DNA from: an uncultured Gemmatimonadales bacterium
GTDB lineage: Bacteria; Gemmatimonadota; Gemmatimonadetes; Gemmatimonadales; GWC2-71-9
Direction: 5' to 3'
DNA: 64,000 nucleotides
Assembly (NCBI GenBank): GCA_963795085.1
Contig: CAWCFX010000001.1
Location: 536,864-600,863 of the forward strand
This document shows positions 1 through 8,268 of the stretch, piece after piece. Made by a program: the position numbers and the translations under genes. The notes under the pieces are model-generated. The model worked only from the letters and a program-made list of their open reading frames with translations. It ran no database searches and was not told the origin of the DNA. Position 1 is the stretch's first letter. Each line of letters starts with the position of its first letter.

Positions 1-56
1 GCAGAAGATTCGCATGGGCGGAAAATGGGGACGTCCCGGGCGGAAAACAACGCACG

Positions 57-150
57 GCGGCAAGGGGGCAAGAGGGGTAAGAGGGCAAGGTTACTCCCTC
101 TTACCCTCCTGCCCCTTGCCCTCTTCCCCCTTCTTGCCCCCTCGCCCCCT
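57..150. repeat. purine-rich / pyrimidine-rich inverted repeat (long hairpin) overlapping the 3' end of nfo
   Basis: gggtaagaggg (75-85) pairs perfectly with ccctcttaccc (96-106). The arms continue as ggcaag/gggcaag units against cttgcc/ccttgcc units. Confidence 0.8.
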
Positions 151-1021
151 TTCGATACCTCCGCAATCGCCTCAACATCTTCCGGTCCAGGGTCACCAGG
201 TCATCGCCCTTGGGCGTCTCCAGCACTTTCATCACGCCGGCAAACCGCGGGTCGGTCATGATTCTCCGGAAGGGCTCCGGCCCCAGCGATCCCTCGCCGA
301 TCAGCTCGTGGCGGTCTCGGCAGGAGTGAAACGGGGTCTTGCTGTCGTTGAGGTGGATGCACCGAAGATGCTCGAGCCCGATGATCGAATCCCACCGCTC
401 CCAGACGCCGTCGTAGTCGTGGACCAGGTCATAACCGGCCGAGAACAGGTGACAGGTGTCGGCGCAGAAGCCGACCCGGCTTCGGAGGGAGGCCGGGATC
501 CTGGCCCGGAGTTCCGCCAGTTCCTCGAAGTTCGCCCCCAGCGCGGTGCCGCACCCCGCGGTGGTCTCCAGCAGCACCGTCACGTCTCCCACTCGTTCCA
601 GCGCCTCCGCGCAGCGCCGGGCGTTCCGGGCCAGCCCCCGCTCCCGGTCGTCGATATAGTTGCCCGGGTGCGACACCACCGCGGTGATTTTCAGGGCCCT
701 GCAGCGCTCCAGTTCGGCCACGAAAGACGTTGTGGATTGGGCACTTAGGTGGGGGTCGGGGGAGGCCAGGTTTATGAGGTACGAATCGTGCGAAACCACC
801 CCGTGGAGACCGCTCGCGGCGAGGGCGGCCTGAAACGACTCACAGACTTCCTGGCTGATTAGCGGCTCGCGCCACTGGTTCGGGGTCTTGGTAAAGACCT
901 GGATCGCGGTCGCCCCGATCGCCACGCCCCGTCCGGGAGCCCGGTGAACACCGCCCTGGGTGGAGACGTGCGCGCCGAGGCGTTCGTGTGCTGTCTGCTT
1001 GACACTGGTTGGCGTACGCAT
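101..1021 (-). CDS. nfo: endonuclease IV (AP endonuclease family 2)
   Basis: ORF 101..1231 trimmed to the ATG at 1021 (MRTPTSVKQ). Family motifs present: HDSYLINLAS, VVSHPGN, LETTAG, CADTCHLFSAGYD, IHLNDSK. Confidence 0.9.
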   Translation of the reverse strand: MRTPTSVKQTAHERLGAHVSTQGGVHRAPGRGVAIGATAIQVFTKTPNQWREPLISQEVCESFQAALAASGLHGVVSHDSYLINLASPDPHLSAQSTTSFVAELERCRALKITAVVSHPGNYIDDRERGLARNARRCAEALERVGDVTVLLETTAGCGTALGANFEELAELRARIPASLRSRVGFCADTCHLFSAGYDLVHDYDGVWERWDSIIGLEHLRCIHLNDSKTPFHSCRDRHELIGEGSLGPEPFRRIMTDPRFAGVMKVLETPKGDDLVTLDRKMLRRLRRYRKGARGQEGGRGQGAGG

Positions 1022-1053
1022 ACGTTCCCCCGGCCTTGACCCCGGCATAGCCA

Positions 1054-2490
1054 TTGACTGAACAGACCCGGCCTCGCGTGTTGCTGCTTGGAGACCCCTC
1101 GGCCCGGCCGGAGGGTCTCGAACGCGCGCTGGTGCGCGGCGGCTTCCAGGTGACCGAGTCCGACCGGGTAGGAACCAGCCGGCCCTCCGGTGCGGTTCCC
1201 GACCTGATCCTGGTGACGGCCGCGGAAGCAAACACCGACCTCAACGCCGAACTGGAGCGTCTCAAGGGCAAGCACTGGCACAGCGTGCCCACCCTGGTGC
1301 TGCTGGCCGCCGGCGACGCCGAAGCGCCTACCCGGCTGCTCAGCCTGGGCGCCTCCGACGTCATGATCAGCCCCCTCCACCTTCCCGAAGTCATCGCCCG
1401 GGCCCACGCCCGCATCCGGGGCCGCACCGACCTGGACGGCATCCGGCAGTCCTCCGAGCAGCAGGAGCTTCTCTTCGAGATCTTCCAGGAGGCGTCCGGC
1501 GCCCTCCGGCCCGACGAGATCGTCCAGACCCTGGTGCGCCGGGTGGGCGAGGCCCTCGGCCTGGCCCGGTGTTCCTTCGTCCTGACGCCGCAGGGTGAAC
1601 AGGTCGGCCGGGTGCTGGCGGTGTTTGAGAACCCCACCGTCCGCGACCTCCAGGTGGACCTGAACCGCTATCCCGAGATCCTCGAGGCGGTGCGGACCGA
1701 GAAGCCGGTCTTCGTGAGCGACGTCCAGGAGCACCCGCTCTTTCAGGGCGTCCGGGAGCGTTGGAGCGACCAGCACATCCAGCCCGACCTGCGGAGCGTC
1801 GTCGCCCTGCCGGTCAATCTGCATGGGCGCACCTCCGGGGTCTTCCTGCTCCGCACCGGCAGCAACGACGGCGAGATCTCGGCGCAGCAGCTGGACTTCG
1901 CGGGCACGCTCTCCAAGGCCGCCACCCGGCTGCTGGAGACGGAAGAGCGCCGCGCCGGCATCTACCGGCGGCAGATGCAGGCGGGCGCTACCGATCCGCT
2001 GACCGGCTGCGGCAGCCTGGACGCCCTGGACCGCCGGATCCGGGAAGAATTCGAACGGGCCCGCCGCTACGCGCTCAGCTTCAGCCTGATCCTGCTCGAC
2101 GTGGACGAGTTGCGGACGCTCAACGACCGGTTCGGCACGACCACCGGCGACCGGGTCCTGGTCGAGCTGGGCAGTATCCTGCAGCGGGAACTCCGGGCTC
2201 CCGATTTCGTCTCCCGCTACGGCGGCGACGAGTTCGCCCTCATCCTGCCGGAGACCGACCTCGACGGCGCCCGCCGCTCGGTCGGCCGGGTCCGTACCCG
2301 GATCTCTGCCCATCCCTTTCCCGACCTGACCCCCACCGACCGGCCCAAGCTCTCCGCCGGCATCGTCTCGTTTCCCCACCCCTCGGCGCTGCAGACCGAA
2401 GATCTCTTCGCGCTGGTCGAGGCGGCCCTGCTTCGCGGCAAGGCGCAGAAGGAAGAGCGGATCGGCACGGCGGAAAGCGTGGCGGCCTAG
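1054..2490 (+). CDS. receiver-like domain + GAF + GGDEF diguanylate cyclase
   Basis: N-terminal CheY-like fold, central GAF-like region, and a C-terminal GGDEF domain (RYGGDEFALIL) with RAPD five residues upstream (I-site-like RxxD). Confidence 0.85.
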   Translation: MTEQTRPRVLLLGDPSARPEGLERALVRGGFQVTESDRVGTSRPSGAVPDLILVTAAEANTDLNAELERLKGKHWHSVPTLVLLAAGDAEAPTRLLSLGASDVMISPLHLPEVIARAHARIRGRTDLDGIRQSSEQQELLFEIFQEASGALRPDEIVQTLVRRVGEALGLARCSFVLTPQGEQVGRVLAVFENPTVRDLQVDLNRYPEILEAVRTEKPVFVSDVQEHPLFQGVRERWSDQHIQPDLRSVVALPVNLHGRTSGVFLLRTGSNDGEISAQQLDFAGTLSKAATRLLETEERRAGIYRRQMQAGATDPLTGCGSLDALDRRIREEFERARRYALSFSLILLDVDELRTLNDRFGTTTGDRVLVELGSILQRELRAPDFVSRYGGDEFALILPETDLDGARRSVGRVRTRISAHPFPDLTPTDRPKLSAGIVSFPHPSALQTEDLFALVEAALLRGKAQKEERIGTAESVAA

Positions 2491-2522
2491 GGTACCGGGA
2501 TCAGAGAGGATGTACCAGCCCG

Positions 2523-2733
2523 TCAATTCCAACATTCCCTCAATTCCAACATTCCCTCAATTCCCCCATTCCCTCAATTCCCCCATTCCCTCAATTCCAA
2601 CATTCCCTCAATTCCCCCATTCCCTCAATTCCCCCATTCCCTCAATTCCCCCATTCCCTCAATTCCCCCATTCCCTCAATTCCCCCATTCCCTCAATTCC
2701 CCCATTCCCTCAATTCCAACATTCCCCTAGTTC
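2523..2733. repeat. 17-bp tandem repeat, 11 full units plus partial ends (attccctcaattccNNc)
   Basis: Units start at 2534, 2551, 2568 and so on to 2704. The variable triplet is aac (units 1, 4, 11) or ccc. The array fills the gap between the convergent stops at 2490 and 2727. Confidence 0.95.
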
Positions 2734-3941
2734 CCTCTCCTTCGCAGCCAGTCCGCCGGGTCCAGCGCGATCGAGTTTTCTCCCCGGATTTCGAAGTACA
2801 GGTGGGGTCCTTCGTCCGTCGTGGCCTCGCCCACGGTCGCGATGACCTGCCCCCGGGCGACCGAGGCGCCGACCGGCACCCGGGTCTCGCCCAGGTGCAT
2901 ATAGAGCGAGCGGTAGCCGTTGCCGTGCTGGAGGACCAGGGTCAGGCCGTAGGTGCCCAGCCGCTGGATATACTCGACGGTGCCGGATTCGACCGCCTTC
3001 ACCATGGCGCCCGGCGGCGAGCCGATCCCGATCCCGTTCCGGAGGATGACGCCGCCGCTGGGGAGCCGGGCCCGCCCGAAGGGATAGACGATGGTGCCTT
3101 CCACCGGCCAGTCGAGCTTGCCGATGTCCGCCGTGGTGAGGGAGCCGGGTCCGCTGGGCGCCGCCCGGCCCTCACCGGCCCGGCGGTTTCGCTCCAGGGT
3201 GGCGAGCAGGTCGTTGAGCCGGGCTTCGTCGCGGTCCAGCGCGGTGAGGCGCTGGTCGGTGGTGCGGACGCTGCGCTGGGCCTGCCGCAGCCGCTGGGAG
3301 CGCTCGCTGGCCAGGTTGCCGTAGCGGCGCAGCTCCTCTTCCCGCTCTTCCCGCCGCCGGTTGAAGTCCCCCTGCACATGCACGATCTCCTGCCGCTGCC
3401 GCTGCACCCGGTCACGCAACTCCTCCACCTCGCGGAGCAGGGACCGGTCCTGCCGGCTGGTGAGATAGAGGTACTTGTAACGGCTGATCAGGTCGCCGAA
3501 CGACTCGGCGGCAAGCAGCACCTGGAAATCGTAGAGGGGGCCCCGCTTGTAGATGTCCACCAGCCGGCGGGAGACCACCGCCCGCTTCTCGGCCAGGTTG
3601 TCCTCCGCCAGTGCGAGGTTGGCGCTGACCCGGTCCAGCTGGGTGTTGAGGTCGCCGATCTGCGATTCCAGCTCGTTGACGATCCGGTTGGTGGTCTGCC
3701 GCTGCCGCTCGAGGTTGCTCAGTTCCTGGTCCAGGGTGTTCACCTGGCCCTGGATCCGCTGCCGGTCCCGCTGCAACTGTTCCCGCTCCCGGCGGATCTG
3801 CTCGATCCGCTGGCGGGATTCCTCCAGTTGCTGGACCACGTTGTTCTGGGCCAGCGCGGGAAGGGGCGACGCCGACAGCAGCAGGGCCGCCAGGACCAGG
3901 AGGGCGGGCCAGCGGAGCGCCCCGGCCCACCGCTCACACAT
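2727..3941 (-). CDS. EnvC-like coiled-coil M23/LytM peptidase (murein hydrolase activator type)
   Basis: Signal peptide, long coiled coil (QQLEESRQRIEQIRREREQLQ...), and a C-terminal M23 domain (HGNGYRSLYMHLGE, GPHLYFEIR). Its start overlaps the ftsX stop by 8 nt. Confidence 0.85.
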   Translation of the reverse strand: MCERWAGALRWPALLVLAALLLSASPLPALAQNNVVQQLEESRQRIEQIRREREQLQRDRQRIQGQVNTLDQELSNLERQRQTTNRIVNELESQIGDLNTQLDRVSANLALAEDNLAEKRAVVSRRLVDIYKRGPLYDFQVLLAAESFGDLISRYKYLYLTSRQDRSLLREVEELRDRVQRQRQEIVHVQGDFNRRREEREEELRRYGNLASERSQRLRQAQRSVRTTDQRLTALDRDEARLNDLLATLERNRRAGEGRAAPSGPGSLTTADIGKLDWPVEGTIVYPFGRARLPSGGVILRNGIGIGSPPGAMVKAVESGTVEYIQRLGTYGLTLVLQHGNGYRSLYMHLGETRVPVGASVARGQVIATVGEATTDEGPHLYFEIRGENSIALDPADWLRRRGN

Positions 3942-4803
3942 TCCGCAGGTGCCTTCCCACGCTGACCATGCTGGCGCCCAGGCCCAGCATGACGCCGAAG
4001 ACCATGATGAGCGCGATGTGGGGGACCTCGAAGAAGAGCAGCCCCTCGAAACTGCCGGTGGTGCGCCCCTGAAAGAGGAGATAGCCCACCCAGCAGAGCA
4101 GCACCGCCAGGCCGCCGCCCAGCAGGCCCTTGATGGCGCCCTCCACCAGGAACGGCCCCCGGATAAACCAGTCGCCGGCTCCCACCAGCCGCATGATGGC
4201 GATCTCCTTGGCCCGCTGCAGCACGGTCATGCGCACCGTGGTGCCGATGATCACCACCGCGACGACCGCGAAGGCCAGCCCGATAATGAGCACCACCACC
4301 CCGGCGATGTTGCGGACCCGGTCCAGCCGCTCGATCCAGTCGCGGCCATAGCGCACGTCCTCCACGAACTGGTAGGACGAGAGCCGCTCGGCCACCGCCC
4401 GCACGTTCTCCGCGTTGCGATACCCTTCCTTGAGCCCGATCTCCAGCGAAGCGGGCAGCGGATTGACCTGGAGATCACGGTACACGTCGCGGAACTCCAC
4501 CAGGTCGGTCCGGGCCCGGGCCAGCGCTTTCTCCGCGCTCACGTAGTCCACCGACTGGACCTCGGGAAACGCCGCGATGTCCTCCGACGCGGCGGCCAGC
4601 GCCTCGGCCGGGGTGCCGCGGAGCAGGTAGGCAACGACTTCCACCCGCTCCTCCACCGTCCGGAGCGCCTGGCGGAGATTGATGGCCACCAGGCCGAAGA
4701 GCCCGACCACGAACAGTGAAAAGGCGATGGTGGTGACGGAGAGCACGGAGAGCAGGGGAGCCCGGCGGAACGAGAGCAACGCCTCGCGAGTGACCAGTTT
4801 CAT
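3934..4803 (-). CDS. ftsX: cell division permease FtsX
   Basis: Four-TM FtsX topology with a periplasmic loop. Lies downstream of ftsE with a 4-nt overlap. Confidence 0.9.
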   Translation of the reverse strand: MKLVTREALLSFRRAPLLSVLSVTTIAFSLFVVGLFGLVAINLRQALRTVEERVEVVAYLLRGTPAEALAAASEDIAAFPEVQSVDYVSAEKALARARTDLVEFRDVYRDLQVNPLPASLEIGLKEGYRNAENVRAVAERLSSYQFVEDVRYGRDWIERLDRVRNIAGVVVLIIGLAFAVVAVVIIGTTVRMTVLQRAKEIAIMRLVGAGDWFIRGPFLVEGAIKGLLGGGLAVLLCWVGYLLFQGRTTGSFEGLLFFEVPHIALIMVFGVMLGLGASMVSVGRHLRNV

Positions 4804-5492
4804 GGCAGGTCCGCCGAGCGGCCTTCGTCGAGCCCGCTGTCGAAGACGATGCTGCCCTCCCGAAGCTCGACCGTGCGATAGCTGGTCTGGCGGACCAGGT
4901 CCAGGTCGTGGGTGGCCATCACCACGCAGGTGCCCCCGGCGTTGATGTCCCGGAGCAGCTGGAACACCCCGCGGGTGGCCCGCTCGTCCAGGTTGCCGGT
5001 CGGCTCATCCGCCAGCAGGATGGCGGGGTCGTTCACCAGGGCGCGCGCGATGGCGACCCGCTGCTGCTCGCCGCCGGAGAGTTCCGTGGGAAAGGCGTTG
5101 GCCTTGCCGGCCAGGCCGACCTGGGTGAGCACCCGCTGGACCCGGGCCGGGATGACGTCCCGCCGGCTCCCGGTCACCTCGAGCGCGAAAGCCACGTTCT
5201 CCTCGGCGGTGCGATCCTCGAGCAGCCGGAAATCCTGGAACACGATTCCCAGCCGGCGCCGCAACCGCGGCACGTCGTCGGGAGCCAGGTCGGTGATCGT
5301 GAAGTTGGACACCCGCACGTCGCCCGAGGTGGGCCGCTGCTCGGCATACATGAGCTTGAGCATCGTGGACTTGCCCGCGCCCGAGTGGCCGGTCAGAAAC
5401 ACGAACTCACCCTTGGCGACGTGCAGGGAAGCGTCCTTGAGCGCGAACCCGCCCTTGGGGAAGGATTTGGAAACGTGGGAGAATTGGATCAC
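4800..5492 (-). CDS. ftsE: cell division ATP-binding protein FtsE
   Basis: ABC ATPase motifs: GHSGAGKST (Walker A), LSGGEQQRVAIARAL (signature), ILLADEPTGNLD (Walker B). Confidence 0.95.
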   Translation of the reverse strand: MIQFSHVSKSFPKGGFALKDASLHVAKGEFVFLTGHSGAGKSTMLKLMYAEQRPTSGDVRVSNFTITDLAPDDVPRLRRRLGIVFQDFRLLEDRTAEENVAFALEVTGSRRDVIPARVQRVLTQVGLAGKANAFPTELSGGEQQRVAIARALVNDPAILLADEPTGNLDERATRGVFQLLRDINAGGTCVVMATHDLDLVRQTSYRTVELREGSIVFDSGLDEGRSADLP

Positions 5493-5535
5493 AACATGAA
5501 GATAGGGATGGAGTTAGGAGAGGTACAGGGGCAAA

Positions 5536-5676
5536 GTGGGTCAATGGGTCAGTGGGTCAGTGGGTCCGAGAGTCCGAGGGTCCGAGGGTCAGTGGGTCAG
5601 AGGGTCAGAGGCAAAGGCAGGGTGCCACTGTCCCACTGTCCCACTGTCCCACTGTCCCACCGTCCCCCTGGCCCTC
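5536..5676. repeat. 8-nt periodic array (GNGGGTCN x9) followed by the inverted array (CCACTGTC x4-5), forming a long imperfect hairpin
   Basis: The 5' arm at 5536-5610 reads gtgggtca|atgggtca|gtgggtca and so on. The 3' arm at 5625-5676 reads ccactgtc x4. The reverse complement gacagtgg matches gtcagtgg at 7 of 8 positions per unit. Confidence 0.9.
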
Positions 5677-5684
5677 AGGCCCCC

Positions 5685-6836
5685 TTACGCAAGCGCCTGC
5701 TCGAGGTCCGCGATGATATCGTCCGCGTCCTCGATGCCGCAGGAGAGTCGCACAAAGCCATCGGGGATGCCCATCTCAGCGCGCTCCTCGGCGCTCATGT
5801 GGGAGTGGGAGGTGAGCCGCGGCTCCGAGACCAGGCTTTCCACGCCGGCCAGGCTGGGCGCGTGGGTCACCACCGAGAGCTTCTTGAGGAACCGTTCGGT
5901 GGCCTTCACGCCGCCCTTGATGACCAGTCCCATCATGCCGCCGTAGTTGTCCAGCGCCTTGTCGGCGAGTTCATGGTCGGGATGAGAGGCCAGCCCGGGA
6001 TAGCTCACCCGGGCGATCCCGGGATGAGCTTCCGCCCATTTCGCGACGGCCATGCCGTTTTTCGAGTGTCGTTCCATCCGGACACTGAGGGTGCGGAGGC
6101 CGCGGTCAATCAGCCAGGCGCTGTGGGGGTCGAGGGCCTGGCCCCAGAGCCGCATCAGCCGGGTGACCTCCTCGATGACGGGAGCGGTGCCGGCCACCGC
6201 GCCGGCGATGACATCGGTGTGGCCGTTGAGGTACTTGGTGGCGCTGGTGATGACCACATCGGCGCCGTGCTCGATGGGCCGGAAGTTGATCGGGCTCGCG
6301 AAGGTGGCATCCACCAGCAGGGCGAGCCCGAACTCTTTCGCGATCCGGGCCAGCGGGCTCAGGTCCAGCACCCGCACCTGCGGGTTGGTGGGCGTCTCGA
6401 CGAAGATGGCCCGGGTGGATTTCCGGAGCGCCTTGCGCCACTGCCGGGGCTGGTCCGGGTTGGCGTAGGTCACCTCGATGCCGAAGCGGCCGAATTCCTC
6501 GTCGAACAGGCGCCGGGTGCCGCCGTAGATCCAGGCGCTGGAGACCAGGTGGTCGCCGGGCCGGAGCACCGCCAGGTGGGCCAGCGCGGTGGCGCCCATC
6601 CCGCTGGACAGGAAGAGCGCCTCGTCGGCGCCCTCGAGCAGCGCGTACTTGCGCCCGATGGTGACCACGTTGGGGTTGTTGCCGTAGCGGGTGTAGAGGA
6701 CTTCTTCTTCGGAGCCCACCGGGTTGGCGAAGGTGCTGCTCTGGACCAGGGGCGGCACCACGGGGGCCCAGTCGGCGCGGCGGTGCGGCTCGCCGTGCAC
6801 CGCGATGGTGGACGGCCCGTAGCGGCGGCGGCTCAT
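5685..6836 (-). CDS. PLP-dependent Cys/Met metabolism enzyme (cystathionine gamma-synthase / beta-lyase / gamma-lyase family)
   Basis: Full-length match to the family from memory, including the PLP-lysine motif SATKYLNGHTDV. The ATGA overlap at 6833-6836 couples it to the upstream gene. Confidence 0.85.
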   Translation of the reverse strand: MSRRRYGPSTIAVHGEPHRRADWAPVVPPLVQSSTFANPVGSEEEVLYTRYGNNPNVVTIGRKYALLEGADEALFLSSGMGATALAHLAVLRPGDHLVSSAWIYGGTRRLFDEEFGRFGIEVTYANPDQPRQWRKALRKSTRAIFVETPTNPQVRVLDLSPLARIAKEFGLALLVDATFASPINFRPIEHGADVVITSATKYLNGHTDVIAGAVAGTAPVIEEVTRLMRLWGQALDPHSAWLIDRGLRTLSVRMERHSKNGMAVAKWAEAHPGIARVSYPGLASHPDHELADKALDNYGGMMGLVIKGGVKATERFLKKLSVVTHAPSLAGVESLVSEPRLTSHSHMSAEERAEMGIPDGFVRLSCGIEDADDIIADLEQALA

Positions 6837-7375
6837 TGCAGCAGCAGGGGGCAGTACGTCTCCTGCTCCTGGCGGACCAGCCGCTGCACCGCCAGCTGCC
6901 GCAGCGCGGCGAGCGCCTGGCTGAAGCTCCAGGTGAGCGCGCAGGCCAGCTCGGTCGCGGTGCAGGAGCCGTGTTCGTGAATGTGGCGGAAGGCGGTGCG
7001 CAGGTCGTCGGAGGTGTGGCCCAGCAGTACCGGGGCGGCGCCCGGCGCGGCCAGCACGGCGCAGGTGATGCCCTGGTGGTTGAGCACGTGGTCGATCGCT
7101 TCGCTCTGGTCCTCCGAGAGGCCGATCAGCAGGACGTAGCGGTCGCCGGATGTGCGGGAGCGCTGGAGCAGCTTGGCGACGATCTCGTCGGCGCAGCTGA
7201 AATCGAGGAGCCGCACCGCGGAGAAATCGAGCAGGGCGGTCAGGCAGCGGGCTTCCGCCATCGCGTCTTCCACCCGGCCCCGTACGGCGGCGCCCGTGGG
7301 ACGGGTCACCAGGTCACGATACGGGGTGGCGACCGCGCCCTGGAGGATGCGATCGAGCCTGATGGTATGGATCAT
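6833..7375 (-). CDS. STAS-like (DUF4325-type) domain protein with a C-terminal winged-helix-like region
   Basis: ORF 6833..8146 trimmed to MIHTIRLDR at 7375, which forms an ATGA overlap with the upstream stop. Contains LLDFSAVRLLDFSCADEIVAKLL, typical of DUF4325 from memory. The C-terminus reads TATELACALTWSFSQALAALRQL. Confidence 0.6.
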   Translation of the reverse strand: MIHTIRLDRILQGAVATPYRDLVTRPTGAAVRGRVEDAMAEARCLTALLDFSAVRLLDFSCADEIVAKLLQRSRTSGDRYVLLIGLSEDQSEAIDHVLNHQGITCAVLAAPGAAPVLLGHTSDDLRTAFRHIHEHGSCTATELACALTWSFSQALAALRQLAVQRLVRQEQETYCPLLLQ

Positions 7376-8268
7376 CCGGTGGCGTTGTCCTGTGCGGGGA
7401 TGACGATCTGCACCTGCGAGCCCGGAAAATAGGCGAGATGCTCGCTCAAAGGTACGTCGTCGTCCCACGTCGGGACGATCGAAAGGCGGGCGGTGCCGCT
7501 GCGGATGGAGACCTTGCCGTCCCACCGGGCCAGGTAGCGCTTGATGCCGGCCAGTCCCTGGCCGCGCCCCGGATCGCGGAACCGGCTCACGCCCTGGATC
7601 AGGGCCGATTCCAGTGCGGCCCCGTCTCCCCAGCGATCGCCATACCGCTTGGACTGCACGCCCTCGAGCGAGCGGCGGAACCCGATGCCGGCGTCGCTGA
7701 CGGCGATGACCACCACCCGGCGGCCCAGTCGCTTTCGAAACGTGTACGCGTGCACCGCCGCCCACCCGCTGGTGCCCGCGTGCTCCACAATATTCTGACA
7801 AGCCTCCGAAAGCGCCATAGCGAATCCCATGGTCGCCTTGGCTTCGAGCTTGAGGCCCTCGAGAATGCGGCGGGCGCCCTCCTGGATCTTGCCTACGACA
7901 TCGTGGACGTCTTCGGCGGCGCGCACCGGCGTCACCGCGAGCAGGACGTCGGACTCGTCGGGCTGCACCCGGGGCACCTTGCCGTGGACCTCGAACAGCT
8001 CGGTCGCATACTTGAAAAAGCCGGCCTTGGCCCAGTACCGGCGGACATCGTCGCTGGTCGGAACCGTGAAGAGCGGCTTCTCGCCGGCCTCGCCCAGGGC
8101 CTGGCCGGCGGTGAGCATGGCAATCAGCCCGTACGGTGACGCCCATTGCGCGGCATGCGCGTCAATGAGTACCCGCTCGCCCGACTGCGCGTTGGCATCC
8201 AGCGCGGTGGCGAACTGCTCAAAGCTCTTATCGTCAAAGCTGGCGGGAACCTCGACCACCCGGGTCAT
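7372..8268 (-). CDS. GHKL (HATPase_c, RsbW/SpoIIAB-like) ATP-binding protein with an N-terminal STAS-like domain
   Basis: ORF 7372..8919 trimmed to MTRVVEVPASF at 8268 (ATGA overlap). N-box-like ALSEACQNIVEHAG, G-boxes SDAGIGF and GRGQGLAG. The N-terminus has ERVLIDAHAAQWASPYGLIAML, which is STAS-like. Confidence 0.7.
   Translation of the reverse strand: MTRVVEVPASFDDKSFEQFATALDANAQSGERVLIDAHAAQWASPYGLIAMLTAGQALGEAGEKPLFTVPTSDDVRRYWAKAGFFKYATELFEVHGKVPRVQPDESDVLLAVTPVRAAEDVHDVVGKIQEGARRILEGLKLEAKATMGFAMALSEACQNIVEHAGTSGWAAVHAYTFRKRLGRRVVVIAVSDAGIGFRRSLEGVQSKRYGDRWGDGAALESALIQGVSRFRDPGRGQGLAGIKRYLARWDGKVSIRSGTARLSIVPTWDDDVPLSEHLAYFPGSQVQIVIPAQDNATG

Noticed and set aside
2523-2733. Possible CRISPR arrays (also considered for 55137-55467 and 60324-60569).
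   Set aside because: There are no unique spacers between repeats. The units are contiguous, or the inter-repeat segments are themselves homologous. The repeat lengths of 17, 158 and 89 bp are atypical, and no cas genes are in the window.
2510-2845. Proline-rich repeat peptide ORFs (IPSIPPFPQFPHSLNSP...) across the 17-bp array, and the equivalent ORF 52695..53780 at the second array.
   Set aside because: A 17-bp period is not divisible by three, so the reading frame rotates through the unit. The arrays sit exactly between annotated stops. I therefore treat them as non-coding repeats.
859-3965. Very long ORFs antisense to or overlapping real genes. Examples: 859..2535 (558 aa), 1761..3965 (734 aa), 21126..23927 (933 aa), 48902..50917 (671 aa), 55392..57515 (707 aa), 57136..60180 (1014 aa), 4908..6980 (690 aa).
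   Set aside because: These are typical shadow ORFs of high-GC DNA. Their translations are Arg/Gly/Pro/Ala-rich low-complexity sequence with no recognisable motifs, while the opposite-strand or alternative-frame ORF has clear family signatures.
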